DNA of 64,000 nucleotides from a plasmid: sequence record NZ_CP016173.1; one strand, 5' to 3'. Shown piece by piece: positions 47,259 to 57,308 of this stretch (position 1 is its first letter; each line of letters starts with the position of its first letter). The notes under the pieces were generated by a model. It saw only the letters and a program-made list of their open reading frames with translations, ran no database searches and was not told where the DNA came from. The position numbers and the translations under genes were made by a program.

Positions 47259-48107
47259 CTAGAGGGTTGGTCCGAGGTCTCCCAGACGATTATTGACCAA
47301 TGCGCGCGCGCGTTCCTTTACGCCTGGGCCTCCTGGCAGAAGCCCGATTGTGTTGGACCCGAGGACACTGAGCAAAATATCATTGCTGGCATAAGGGTTT
47401 TCTGTGAACAGGCTGGCAGTGGCAGGCGTTAGCGTGCTGCGGTCAAACACCCATCGTAGCTGTTCAAGATCCTTACAGACAGGAATTATAAAGGGGCCAT
47501 ACCCGTCTTCATACTGCTCAATCAGCGTATTGAAAACAAGCTGCTTGTCGGCCTCTAGCGCCTTTTCCTCGATCCTCATCCGGGGGCCGATATGCGACGC
47601 CACGGCTATGCGGACATCCCTGATGGGGTGTGACGCCAGGGGTAGCAGCGTCTGTGGATGGGTGGAAGGGTTTGCGGCTAATGCTCGCATTGCCTCCGTA
47701 TGATGGAACCCGTGTTCCAGAAGGGCATTTTGAAGCTCACGTGGAACGGTGGGCTGCCGCGCCGCTGCATGGGCAACGGCGCCTGATTCTCGCCCTTCCA
47801 TGAACAGCGCGACTTGTTCCGCACCGGACAGGCGGTTTGATTGGGCGAAGAAGAATTCGGTGGATATCCGCTCTGAGTCCTCGGAGAACTCTGCCAAACG
47901 GGCGCGGAAGGCCTGTTTTGTCGCGGAGGCAACCCCGCGTACGAGAGCACGCAAGCCAAGGGTATTGGCCTGGGCGGTGTGCGCGCCGGTCGGCAGGCTG
48001 ACGCCGGCATGCAGCGGCAGGCCGATGCGCTGCGCGATCGGCCCCCGGGCTTGCCTCTCGCTCAGGAAGTCCACCGCGCGCTGAAATTGTACGGTTCTGT
48101 CGGCCAT
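47259..48107 (-). CDS. Hypothetical protein
   Basis: 282-aa ORF; no recognisable motif. Confidence 0.45.
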   Translation of the reverse strand: MADRTVQFQRAVDFLSERQARGPIAQRIGLPLHAGVSLPTGAHTAQANTLGLRALVRGVASATKQAFRARLAEFSEDSERISTEFFFAQSNRLSGAEQVALFMEGRESGAVAHAAARQPTVPRELQNALLEHGFHHTEAMRALAANPSTHPQTLLPLASHPIRDVRIAVASHIGPRMRIEEKALEADKQLVFNTLIEQYEDGYGPFIIPVCKDLEQLRWVFDRSTLTPATASLFTENPYASNDILLSVLGSNTIGLLPGGPGVKERARALVNNRLGDLGPTL

Positions 48108-48118
48108 GGCAAGTCCGC

Positions 48119-48553
48119 CTAGGGTTTGGTCAGGAGCGTGGTGCCGGTCGCCTTCAAGACATGGCTCCGCACCTGCGGCCGGGACACGATGATCTCCGCG
48201 CCTCCTTCGCGGTAGCGAACCATATCGTTGCCGCTCACGCGCAGTTCGGCATCCAGGGCCGACCCGATTGCGGCGAGCGCGCGTGCAGACAAGCCAGGAA
48301 GCGCGGCATCGCTCGAAAGCGAAGCGGTGCGCTGCGCGCCCGTGTTTTCGAGGTCGTGGACGTATAGCACGTCCAAGTCGATGCCGGGAAAAAGGTCGGG
48401 TATCAAAAACGTCGAATTTGCATCCTCTGCCACGGTTGCCAGGGCCTCAAAGGCTTGTCGAAGCTCGCCTGTGTCTAAACATTCGAGCAACCCCGGATAG
48501 GCTTTGGTATGTACCCATTCGGCCGCTTTGTCAAAAATCTTATGTTCAATCAT
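48119..48553 (-). CDS. Hypothetical protein
   Basis: 144-aa ORF, first gene of the four-gene leftward block. Confidence 0.45.
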   Translation of the reverse strand: MIEHKIFDKAAEWVHTKAYPGLLECLDTGELRQAFEALATVAEDANSTFLIPDLFPGIDLDVLYVHDLENTGAQRTASLSSDAALPGLSARALAAIGSALDAELRVSGNDMVRYREGGAEIIVSRPQVRSHVLKATGTTLLTKP

Positions 48554-48630
48554 TCTAACTATCCGTCCAAATATCGGCTAATATTCTATGGATTCTATAT
48601 GTACCCTATCGCAAAGAAAAGGGGATAGTA

Positions 48631-51021
48631 ATGAGCATGCCATTCGCTCCGTGCACGGATGCAGCGTGTACGGACGACACCTCGGTAGAGATCCTCAAAT
48701 GGGTTTTCGGCCCCGTGATCAACGGTCTGTTGAACGGCGGAGACACTTCGAAAATTGAGACATCGGCCAATATCTTGGCGACGATGTTCAGCGTCTACGC
48801 CAGCGGAATCATGATCGTCGCCGGGTTCATCGTCAGTGGCGTGGTGATGGGCAGCGTCATGAATACGGCCAATGACGGAGAGGTCATGGGCAAAAACTGG
48901 TCAACGCCCAACACCATCATGCGGGTGGTCTCGGGCGGGGGAGTTCTGCTGCCTACGGCAAGTGGCTTTTCCATCATCCAGCTCATCGTGCTGATGCTTG
49001 CCCTTTGGGGGGTGGGCTTCGCAAACCTCACTTACCGGACTGGCATGACGATGGGGCTACTGAGCCCAGCCGGGATCGTAAGCAATGCGGCTGCGCCCGG
49101 TTCTTACTATGGCATGCGGGAATTCGCAAAACAGTACATGGGCGCAATGTATTGCGCCCGTGCTGCCAATGCCGCCTACACGATGGCCTCCGGATCACGA
49201 CCCTCGGTGCAATTGAACGGCGGCGCCGGCACGCCGATAGGTAGTCGCATGGAATACAGCTTCGCAATCAGCGACACCAACAGTGCGACCAACCTAGCCG
49301 GGGGAGCTCCCATTTGCGGAGTGGTGAAGCTTTCGCTGTATAGCGCTCAGAATCTCACGGACCCGACCGAGAAGGCGCTCGATTCCTTAAGGGTCGCGGT
49401 CCAGCAGCAGAAATACACCGAGGTCCAAAGCCTCATGGCGGACATCAAGTCCTTCGTGGACTCATGGCCCACATCAATCAACGCGGATGGATGGGACAGG
49501 GTTGATTCCTCTACCTTCAACGATATCGTCAAGCGACACGAGGACCGGATCGCTACTCAGCTCCTGAATAGCCTATCGCAACAGCAAGGCGCAATGGACA
49601 AAGGCATGGAGACGTATCTCAATGACACTTTGTCAAAAGGAGGATGGGCGTCGGCTGGGGGCTGGTTCCAGCGCGTCGGCATGGCTCGCGGCACCTTGGC
49701 GCAAATCTTCGCCGAATCAGTGGGGTCTGTTTCGGCTCCGACGACGAGCGGATTGCCGCAAAGCGAGCAAACCAGGGAATTTGCGAGCAGCGTCAACACC
49801 ATCCCTTATATCGTGCAAGCCAAAGCAGATGGAAAGCTGCCCGACGATGCCAAACGGAATTTGACCGCCGAGAGTTTGAACGGTCTTCTACCAAAAGACA
49901 TCGATGATTCCATCAATATTTCCACCGTGCAGCAGAACATGGCTTCGGCGGTGTCACGTTGGACAAACGGGATGATGGAAGCCATTGTTGGGATGGCAAC
50001 AGGAGCAGGGAATGATGGAAAAGCCAGCGCGATTTTTCCATGCGGCTCTGCAGGTGAAATTGGTGGCTCCATCAATCGCATGAAATGCGTTGGGGACTAT
50101 CTGACCCTGCAATATGTCGCGGTCCTCGGCACGGACGCGTTTCTCAAAACATCAGCGACAGGAGCCCGAATAGCTGCGGGCGTAGTCAGTGGCGGCAAGT
50201 TCCTGGGCACAGGTCTTGAAGTTGACAAGGTGGTCACCCCCTTCTGGGATTGGATGATGGCCGTTCCGATCCGCTGGCTGAGCACCATAGGCACCTATCT
50301 ACAAACCCTCGCATTCTATTTTGGCGTGATCATTCCCACGTTTCCTTACACGGTTTTCATGATCGTGGTGGTGGGTTGGATCCTTGCGGTCTTGCAAACG
50401 TGTGTGGCTGCACCCCTATGGGCAGTTATGCACATGACGCCCGATCGGACCTTCATTGGATCGCAAACCCAAGGCTATTTGATGCTACTTGCCCTGTTTG
50501 TTCGGCCTGCATTGGCGGTGCTGGGGCTTTTCGCGTCAATGCTGATCTCCGACCCCATCATCACCTATATCGCCAAAGCATTCTTCACCATGCACAGAGA
50601 CGTGGCCAGCTCTACTGGCGCGATCGGCTCTGTGGCTTCAATAGTGACGTTCTTTTGGTGGCTGATCGTGTTTGGCTTGACCCTTATGCCCGTGCTGTGG
50701 ATGACTTATGGGTTGCCCCAAGCTCTCCCAGACGAGGTGCTCCGCTGGATAAGCGCCGGCATTGGCGACCTGGGCGCAAGCGCCGCAATCCCCGAGGTGC
50801 GTGGCGGGCACCAGAACGCGCAACGTATGGTTGACCAGCTTTCCAACGGCCCCCGAACGACCAGAATCGGCGGACCTGAGCGTCCGCGCGGCGGAACGCC
50901 TCCAAATGGCGGGCCAGGCGGTGGCAGGGGAGGGGGTAGTGGGCGCAATGAAACTCTGCTGAGCGTCAACCAGCAGGGCGTGACACCAAGCCCCACCAAT
51001 TCACCCGGATCCACGTCCTAG
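48631..51021 (+). CDS. DotA/TraY-like polytopic inner-membrane T4BSS protein
   Basis: 796 aa. TM helices at both ends, a large central soluble domain of about 330 aa, and a Gly/Pro-rich C-terminal tail. Size and topology resemble R64 TraY/DotA. Confidence 0.65.
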   Translation: MSMPFAPCTDAACTDDTSVEILKWVFGPVINGLLNGGDTSKIETSANILATMFSVYASGIMIVAGFIVSGVVMGSVMNTANDGEVMGKNWSTPNTIMRVVSGGGVLLPTASGFSIIQLIVLMLALWGVGFANLTYRTGMTMGLLSPAGIVSNAAAPGSYYGMREFAKQYMGAMYCARAANAAYTMASGSRPSVQLNGGAGTPIGSRMEYSFAISDTNSATNLAGGAPICGVVKLSLYSAQNLTDPTEKALDSLRVAVQQQKYTEVQSLMADIKSFVDSWPTSINADGWDRVDSSTFNDIVKRHEDRIATQLLNSLSQQQGAMDKGMETYLNDTLSKGGWASAGGWFQRVGMARGTLAQIFAESVGSVSAPTTSGLPQSEQTREFASSVNTIPYIVQAKADGKLPDDAKRNLTAESLNGLLPKDIDDSINISTVQQNMASAVSRWTNGMMEAIVGMATGAGNDGKASAIFPCGSAGEIGGSINRMKCVGDYLTLQYVAVLGTDAFLKTSATGARIAAGVVSGGKFLGTGLEVDKVVTPFWDWMMAVPIRWLSTIGTYLQTLAFYFGVIIPTFPYTVFMIVVVGWILAVLQTCVAAPLWAVMHMTPDRTFIGSQTQGYLMLLALFVRPALAVLGLFASMLISDPIITYIAKAFFTMHRDVASSTGAIGSVASIVTFFWWLIVFGLTLMPVLWMTYGLPQALPDEVLRWISAGIGDLGASAAIPEVRGGHQNAQRMVDQLSNGPRTTRIGGPERPRGGTPPNGGPGGGRGGGSGRNETLLSVNQQGVTPSPTNSPGSTS

Positions 51022-51046
51022 TCCAAGAAATGTCGGTGGAACCATC

Positions 51047-51724
51047 ATGACACTACTTCCGGCGTTGCAACCTATCGTTTATGGGCTGACTTCCGAAGTC
51101 CTGGCATACGAAGCTCTTGCCCGTTGGCGCCGCGACGGCAAGATTTTAGGCCCGACGGATCTTCCTGAAGCTCCGCAATGGAGCGGAGTGGACATTGACA
51201 TGCTGTCGGCCATTCTCGACCGCGCAGAAACGGTGTCGGGTATCGCACCGAGGTTATTTATCAATGTCAGTGCGAGCACGATTTCCGAGCCAGGCCGCTT
51301 GGCTACGTGGATCTCGCACCTGGCGAAGATCACAAGCTACGCCACGTTCGCCGTCGTGATCGAAATAACAGAAGGAATTGGCGACGACAAACTGCAAGAG
51401 GCATGGCCTCAGCTCAAGCGCCTTGGTGTCAAGCTGGCTTTGGACGATTTCGGTGATGGGCGGTCATCCAGGGCACGGCTTGTCCGCTATGACTGGGACT
51501 ACTGCAAGTTCGAGGGTCACACTGTACGGGACCACCGCATCCAGGAAGCCATTAGGTATTGCCAGAACAGCGGCATTCTGCCCATCGTGGAGCGGGTGGA
51601 ACATCAGAAAAGCAGCGAAGAGTTCGCGGATATGGGACTGCATTGGCAGCAAGGCTTCCTACACGGGCGTCCCGTGCTTGTCGATAACCTCGCCGAGAGG
51701 ACTGGCAATGTCGTTATCGCATGA
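51047..51724 (+). CDS. Stand-alone EAL-domain protein (putative c-di-GMP phosphodiesterase)
   Basis: 'YEALARW' (EAL motif), 'LALDDFGDGRS' (DDFGTG-like) and 'QGFLHGRP' (QGYxFSxP-like) in order. No GGDEF or sensor domain. Confidence 0.85.
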   Translation: MTLLPALQPIVYGLTSEVLAYEALARWRRDGKILGPTDLPEAPQWSGVDIDMLSAILDRAETVSGIAPRLFINVSASTISEPGRLATWISHLAKITSYATFAVVIEITEGIGDDKLQEAWPQLKRLGVKLALDDFGDGRSSRARLVRYDWDYCKFEGHTVRDHRIQEAIRYCQNSGILPIVERVEHQKSSEEFADMGLHWQQGFLHGRPVLVDNLAERTGNVVIA

Positions 51725-51888
51725 GCGATGCAAAGTCGCCGCTGCCATCGCGCTTTTGCAGAACGCAACCGTACCCGGATGACCATGAATAGCCATCCAC
51801 GCAAGCCGCCGTAAGGCCTCCCAAAAAGTAAATCATCCAGTCCACGAGACGCCTATCTCCCGCCAAGCCATGGCGGGTAGGGATTCTT

Positions 51889-54594
51889 TTGCCCAAAAGG
51901 TTTGAACCTATGCCGACATCTCGCAATCAACAGGAAGGGTTTGCACGTCGAGCTCGCCGTATACGAAGCGTGAGCGCCCTAGTACTTCTCGCGTTCGCAG
52001 TCCAAGGCTGCACCGCGCCGCTGACGGGCACCCGCCTCCAGGCTGCTCCCCCAAGTGCAGCGCTCCCGGGGCAGCCTTCCTCGGCGGCAGATCCCCTTGG
52101 CAACGTCATGCCGCATCGTGTGCTTCCCCAAGAGACATCTCCCAATCAGGCGATGTCGGAGGCGAGCGCCCGAAGACAGTCTCAACAGGGAGGGGCGATT
52201 AATCTGGAAGGACAGACGATCGATATGGCTGGAAGTGGCCGCTCTGGCGCGGCCCAGTCATTCGTATCGGGCTTGGCCGTATCTGGGGCTCAGAAGGCCA
52301 TGCAAGACTGGCTGAATCAGTTCGGCACGGCACGCCTGGGGCTGGATGCGGGGTCTTTTCACGGTGGAAGCCTCGACATGTTATTTCCGCTGTACGACGC
52401 CAAGAAATCGTCGCTGATTTTCAGCCAGGTGGGGGTGCGCCGTAACGATCGGTTCACGGACAGCTACCGAACCACCGTCAATGTGGGCCTTGGGTATCGC
52501 CATTTCTTCGACAAGGTGATGTTGGGGGCCAACGCCTTCTACGATGCGGACGTGACGCGAGGGAATCGGCGGTATGGCCTGGGCGCGGAGGTGTGGGCCG
52601 ACTACCTCAAGCTCAATGCCAACGGGTACTTCCGCACGAGCGGCTGGAAGAAGTCGCCTGACATGGACAACATGCTGGAGCGACCGGCTAACGGCTTTGA
52701 CCTCCGCGCTGAAGGCTATCTGCCGCAATTACCTCAGGTGGGTGCCAAGCTCATCTACGAGAAATACTATGGGCACGATGTCGGGCTTTTTGGATCACAT
52801 GATCGCCAAGAAAACCCCTCAGCCTGGACAGTCGGGCTGACGTACACCCCGGTGCCGGCGATGACCTTCGGTATCGAGCAGCGCATGGGGCAAGGCGGTC
52901 GTAATGAGACGGCCTTAACTATTGGCATGCGGTATGCGATCGGTGTGCCGCTGAACAAGCAGTTTGCGTTCAATGAAAATGCGGTGGCGGCGAGCCGCAA
53001 GCTGAAGAATATGCGCCAGGATCTGGTTGAGCGCAACAATGACATCGTGCTGGAATATCGGCAGGATCGCATCATCGGCGTACAGCTGCCAGGCACTGCG
53101 AGCGGTATTGAAGGATCGCAGCTTACGTTTCCAGTGAATTTGGTAGCCAACAAAGGTACGCCACAAGTTCTGTGGTCGGGCTCAGCCGCAGGTTTTGCGT
53201 TGCCTTACGGTGGATCGGGTAGCGGAATCCTGACGCTGCCGGCATACAACCCGAACGGCAATAACACATACCAGCTCGTGGCAACGGCGGCCGAAGGGAC
53301 ATACAAAGTTCAATCCAATGCGATGACCATCACGGTGAACGCGGCGCCCGTGGCCGCTTTGCGCGTTATGCTGGAGCGCAGCAAAGCCGTCGCATCGGCC
53401 GATGGCACCGACGCGGTGACATTCACGGCCACCGTGAAAGACAGTAAAGAGCAGCCAGTGGCCGATACCGCGGTTGCCTGGAAAGTGACCAAGGGAACTG
53501 CATCGTTCAAGTCCTTGGCACGAACGACGAATCGTAATGGCCAGGCTGCGGCCGTCGTGACGAGTTTGAAAGCGGACGACGTTGCCGTGCAAGTCACGCT
53601 CGCGGATGGTACAGCGGCCCAAAGTGACACACGCTTTTCGGTCGATACGGCAAGCGCTGCGGTCATTCAGTTGGACGGCGCCCCGTCCACGCCTCAAGTT
53701 GCAAACAGCACCGACGTGTTGACGCTTAAGGCCACCATCAAGGACAAATCCGGCAGTAATGTCGGCGCGGGCATCGTCGTGCATTGGCATGCTGACCGGG
53801 GTGTACTAAGTGCGGCCTCGTCTCTGACAGATGACAACGGGGTGGCAGTGGTCAATTTCACCGCGCCCTCTACTGTCGGCGATGTGCATGTGACGGCAAC
53901 CGGCGCGGCGGGCGATCCCGGCAAGATGGCGACAATTACGTATGTAGCGGACCTGGCAACCGCCACGGTGGCGCAGTTAGATGGCGCACCAGCTGGCAGT
54001 CAGCCTGCTAATGGATCGGATGTCGTGACGCTGCAGGCCACGGTCAAAGACAGGAACGGCAACCCCGTAGGGCCTGGCGTTGCCGTGAGCTGGAGTACCG
54101 ACATTGGCACGTTGAGCGCCGGAACCTCTTCCACCGATGGCGACGGGAAGGCTCAAACGCGGCTGAAGGCGCCGTTGTCTGCAGGTACTGCCCACGTGAC
54201 GGCAAAAGCCGCAGCGAGCGATGCAGGCAAGACGTTAGCGATTGAATATGTGCTGGATTTAAATTCCGCACGCGCTGAGATTACTGACGTTTCGGAAAAT
54301 TGGGACCAGGGCGACTTCAGCAGCCGGTACTGGGACATCACGGTCAAAGCATGGGATGTCTCAGGAGACGTGAAAGCGCCGGGCGCGACAGTCACCTTCT
54401 CGTCCACCAGCGAGGGTAACTTCATGACGCCTGTTACTGTAATCGCAAGTGGATCGGGCAAGGCAAGTGCACTATTCCGAATCCCTTCGGGCGATCTAGC
54501 ATGCGGGGACTCAAGGTCTGCCACCCTTACAGTCAAGGCGTCGGCCAGCGATCCGGGCGTTACCAGGGTTCTTACGGCATTCGGTGACTGCTGA
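51889..54594 (+). CDS. Invasin/intimin-family inverse autotransporter adhesin with tandem bacterial Ig-like (Big_1-type) domains
   Basis: Lipoprotein-like signal 'AFAVQGC', an N-terminal beta-barrel region rich in aromatic/Gly beta-strands, then about 4 repeats of roughly 100 aa each of 'DAVTFTATVKD..G.PV......W....G'. C-terminal Cys pair. Confidence 0.75.
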   Translation: MPKRFEPMPTSRNQQEGFARRARRIRSVSALVLLAFAVQGCTAPLTGTRLQAAPPSAALPGQPSSAADPLGNVMPHRVLPQETSPNQAMSEASARRQSQQGGAINLEGQTIDMAGSGRSGAAQSFVSGLAVSGAQKAMQDWLNQFGTARLGLDAGSFHGGSLDMLFPLYDAKKSSLIFSQVGVRRNDRFTDSYRTTVNVGLGYRHFFDKVMLGANAFYDADVTRGNRRYGLGAEVWADYLKLNANGYFRTSGWKKSPDMDNMLERPANGFDLRAEGYLPQLPQVGAKLIYEKYYGHDVGLFGSHDRQENPSAWTVGLTYTPVPAMTFGIEQRMGQGGRNETALTIGMRYAIGVPLNKQFAFNENAVAASRKLKNMRQDLVERNNDIVLEYRQDRIIGVQLPGTASGIEGSQLTFPVNLVANKGTPQVLWSGSAAGFALPYGGSGSGILTLPAYNPNGNNTYQLVATAAEGTYKVQSNAMTITVNAAPVAALRVMLERSKAVASADGTDAVTFTATVKDSKEQPVADTAVAWKVTKGTASFKSLARTTNRNGQAAAVVTSLKADDVAVQVTLADGTAAQSDTRFSVDTASAAVIQLDGAPSTPQVANSTDVLTLKATIKDKSGSNVGAGIVVHWHADRGVLSAASSLTDDNGVAVVNFTAPSTVGDVHVTATGAAGDPGKMATITYVADLATATVAQLDGAPAGSQPANGSDVVTLQATVKDRNGNPVGPGVAVSWSTDIGTLSAGTSSTDGDGKAQTRLKAPLSAGTAHVTAKAAASDAGKTLAIEYVLDLNSARAEITDVSENWDQGDFSSRYWDITVKAWDVSGDVKAPGATVTFSSTSEGNFMTPVTVIASGSGKASALFRIPSGDLACGDSRSATLTVKASASDPGVTRVLTAFGDC

Positions 54595-54768
54595 GTTCGC
54601 CCCGGTTTATAGGCCGGTCCTGGGACCGGCCTACGCGCCTTGTTTGCGAGGGGATCGAAAATGCACCAGGTGCACCAGACCAATTTCTGAAGGTGCGGGG
54701 CGGCAGCGGCTATGCCGCGCCACATCACAGCGGTGGAGTGCTTCCGGCAAAGATAGGGCGTTCGCCCA

Positions 54769-55542
54769 CTACATGCCAGCCGACAAGCTCTCCGTCTTGT
54801 CTTCCTGGGCCATGACCAGCAGATCGGCGATAAATTGCCTTGTCTTAGGCAAATATCGGTCGAAGGTGGGGTCGAGATCAGGCGCCATCTTGATGGTGCC
54901 TTGTTGGAGGCCCTTATCCACCTCACGGGCATACTTTTCCGCGAACAGCTCCCTGGCATGTTGTGCCTGGGGCGTGTTTTCGCGCGTCAATTCCTCTAGG
55001 ACGCCTCCGACGGCCGAGACGAAGACCATGGTGCGGTTGTATTGCCAGAGCTGATCTGCGTACTGCTGGGTGCGCTCCCTATAGCTGGCATCTAGTTCTT
55101 TCACCTGCTGTTGCAGCTTCTCGTTCGCGCTCCGAAGCGAGATGATGAGCTCCCGCAGGCTGGTATCGGCTTTGCGAAGCAAGCCGTTCTCTTGGCGTAG
55201 CCGCTGATTCTCCTCTTCCATTGCGGCAACTCGCGCTTCCAGGGCGTCGATTATCTTGGCTTGCTTGTCCAGCTCTGCCTTCAGGCGCTCTTTGTCGGCG
55301 ACATGCTGTGCAGTGAAGGCGAGCTGCTGACGCAACCGATCATTCGCTTCCCGGACTGCCTCGTCCCACCCCTCTTGACGACCTTGAGCATACGCTTGGT
55401 CTGCTGCCACAGTCGCCTCCTCAGCCAGCCTGCGCAGCTCCATGGCATGGCCCGCATCAGATGCCAAGGCATGCTGATAGGATCCGATATAGGACGTATT
55501 GCTGCGATTGCCGCCGCCTGCCGGGATGCCGTTGTTGATCAT
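54769..55542 (-). CDS. Coiled-coil protein (hypothetical)
   Basis: 257 aa dominated by heptad-like charged repeats (LRQQLAFTAQHVADKERLKAELDKQAKIIDALEARVAAMEEENQRLRQEN...). Confidence 0.5.
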   Translation of the reverse strand: MINNGIPAGGGNRSNTSYIGSYQHALASDAGHAMELRRLAEEATVAADQAYAQGRQEGWDEAVREANDRLRQQLAFTAQHVADKERLKAELDKQAKIIDALEARVAAMEEENQRLRQENGLLRKADTSLRELIISLRSANEKLQQQVKELDASYRERTQQYADQLWQYNRTMVFVSAVGGVLEELTRENTPQAQHARELFAEKYAREVDKGLQQGTIKMAPDLDPTFDRYLPKTRQFIADLLVMAQEDKTESLSAGM

Positions 55543-55606
55543 GTCGCGTCCTTGTGCACGAGAGGTGAGTGCAAATTGTACTGCGGATAGTGTGCGGCGT
55601 TAATGT

Positions 55607-55621
55607 GTAAACAATGCGTAA
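55607..55621. repeat. 15-bp direct repeat, copy 1 (GTAAACAATGCGTAA), forming GTAAAC-N5-GTAAAC with the next 2 nt
   Basis: Perfect 15-mer, identical to 60139-60153. Lies between the coiled-coil gene start and the stop of the next leftward gene. Confidence 0.6.
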
Positions 55622-55622
55622 A

Positions 55623-56225
55623 CTACGCGGCGCCTGACTTCTGCACAACTACCCGCTCTGCGGCCAGCACCGCCTTGTCGGTTGACAAGCCGAATGACGC
55701 CGCGCGGGCGAGTGCAGCTGGCACCCAGTCGGAAAATCGGCTGTCATCCAGCACAGACCGAAGCGCGAGCAAAGGGACGCAGTGTTCGACCGACGCGTCC
55801 ACGTAAAACAGGGCGAACCATTCTGGGATAAGCCACCGCTGGTCGTCATGCTCTTCGATCGAGAACGGAATGGCAAGCAGACCCGGCATGGAGGCAAGCT
55901 TGGGGCTTTGAAACCCTTGGCACAGCCAGTACGCAACCAGGTCCAGCTCACCCGCCTGTATAGGCACTAGCGCGATTACTTGGCGCGAGGTGGAACGGAC
56001 GTAGATCCCTGGCGCCAGTGCAAGGCTCGCGTCCTCGGTCGCCTGATACGGGAGCCTATCCATGAAGTGCCGGAGCAGCCCAAGCATCTCGGCCGCCACG
56101 GGAATGTCCTGGGCGACATGGGGATTCGATTTTCCCCCCATCAGTGCCAGTACAGATCCCGCCTCTGCGGCCTCGGCGACATCAAGCAGGTGCAGCAGCT
56201 CATTACGCATGGGGTTCTCGGTCAT
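55623..56225 (-). CDS. Hypothetical protein
   Basis: About 200 aa from the internal Met (MTENPMRNELL...); 4-bp overlap with the upstream membrane-protein gene. The listed longer ORF is unlikely. Confidence 0.45.
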   Translation of the reverse strand: MTENPMRNELLHLLDVAEAAEAGSVLALMGGKSNPHVAQDIPVAAEMLGLLRHFMDRLPYQATEDASLALAPGIYVRSTSRQVIALVPIQAGELDLVAYWLCQGFQSPKLASMPGLLAIPFSIEEHDDQRWLIPEWFALFYVDASVEHCVPLLALRSVLDDSRFSDWVPAALARAASFGLSTDKAVLAAERVVVQKSGAA

Positions 56226-56731
56226 GCCAACGCGGGATGGTTTCGCAGGCTCAGGGAAACCGCCCAGCGCACGATGAAAGACCAGATGAGCCCTACGACA
56301 AGGGCTGTAGGAACCAAGGCCAAGAACGCCAGGATCCGGTCCTCCATGCTCAGTGCAGACACAAACATGACCGGGCACCACACAAAACAGGCCGTGATGA
56401 TAGGCATAACCAACAGGCGCCGCCCCACGTCGGCGTCGCGGGGGCTCGTCCCCAGGCAGAACCACACGAAGCCCACCATGTAGGCGGGCGAGTATAGGAA
56501 AGCCAGGATGAGATAGGCAAAAGACGCAATGCCAGTGGCTTTCAAGGCGCCTGTGAAATCACTCGGCACGACCTGTTGACCGATGATGGCCGTGGCCACC
56601 ACAAAGGCCATCACAGCGAGGAGGATGGGCAAGGATAGAAGCCATAAGGCGCGGCGCCGGAAGCTGCGCTGAAAAGCCGCATTGCGACCCGTAGTGTATA
56701 TCGTGGAAACGAACTGGCGTTGCGCAAGCAT
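56222..56731 (-). CDS. Polytopic membrane protein (hypothetical)
   Basis: 169 aa with 4 hydrophobic helices. Confidence 0.5.
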   Translation of the reverse strand: MLAQRQFVSTIYTTGRNAAFQRSFRRRALWLLSLPILLAVMAFVVATAIIGQQVVPSDFTGALKATGIASFAYLILAFLYSPAYMVGFVWFCLGTSPRDADVGRRLLVMPIITACFVWCPVMFVSALSMEDRILAFLALVPTALVVGLIWSFIVRWAVSLSLRNHPALA

Positions 56732-56833
56732 GCGGGCCTCGATATGGTTAAAAATGTTTTTCTAACACCCAATTCTAACCAAACCAACAGATTTATTGTG
56801 TTTCCGTAGCAACTTTCTCCGGGGCGGCGCGGC

Positions 56834-56859
56834 AAAAAAAAAGCATCCGGGCAGGATGC
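56834..56859 (-). terminator. Rho-independent terminator (minus strand) downstream of the ParE-like gene
   Basis: On the minus strand this reads GCATCC-TGCCCG-GGATGC followed by TTTTTTTTT. Confidence 0.55.
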
Positions 56860-56982
56860 TTTAAGCGAAAGGGCAACACGTTGGCATGCAGCGCATTGCA
56901 GAGGCACAGCTTACCATGTGGCTTCACCCTCAAAGGCCACTGCGCTGACGCGCTTCGCTTGTCGCCTTGCCAAAGTAGCGCG

Positions 56983-57276
56983 CTACTTCGCCAAGGTCCG
57001 GGGAGGGTACTCTTGTCGGGCGTGCAGCACCGATAGGACTTCGACGTAATCGGCCTGGACGCGATAGATGACGATGTAGTTGGGGTGCGCCACGATCTCC
57101 CGCGTGCCCGGCACCCGGCCGCGTTTGAAGATGTACGGGTGGTCCGCAACGGGATGCACGGCGCTTTCAATCAGCTCATGGATGGTGATGGCGGCATACA
57201 CATCGAACTCTGCGATGTGGTCCGTGATGCGATCCAAATCATCGAGCGCGGGCGCACTCCAGAAGATGGGAAGCAT
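56983..57276 (-). CDS. Type II toxin, RelE/ParE family
   Basis: 97 aa. 'REIVAHPNYIVIYRVQADYVEVLSVLHARQ' is characteristic of ParE/RelE toxins. Confidence 0.8.
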   Translation of the reverse strand: MLPIFWSAPALDDLDRITDHIAEFDVYAAITIHELIESAVHPVADHPYIFKRGRVPGTREIVAHPNYIVIYRVQADYVEVLSVLHARQEYPPRTLAK

Positions 57277-57308
57277 GACCTATCGGGCTACCCGGCGGGC
57301 AGGTAAAG

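Noticed and set aside
54600-54640. Hairpin AGGCCGGTCC-TG-GGACCGGCCT after the adhesin gene as a terminator
   Set aside because: Strong stem but no following T-run; possibly a REP-like or RNA-stabilising element. Not called as a feature.
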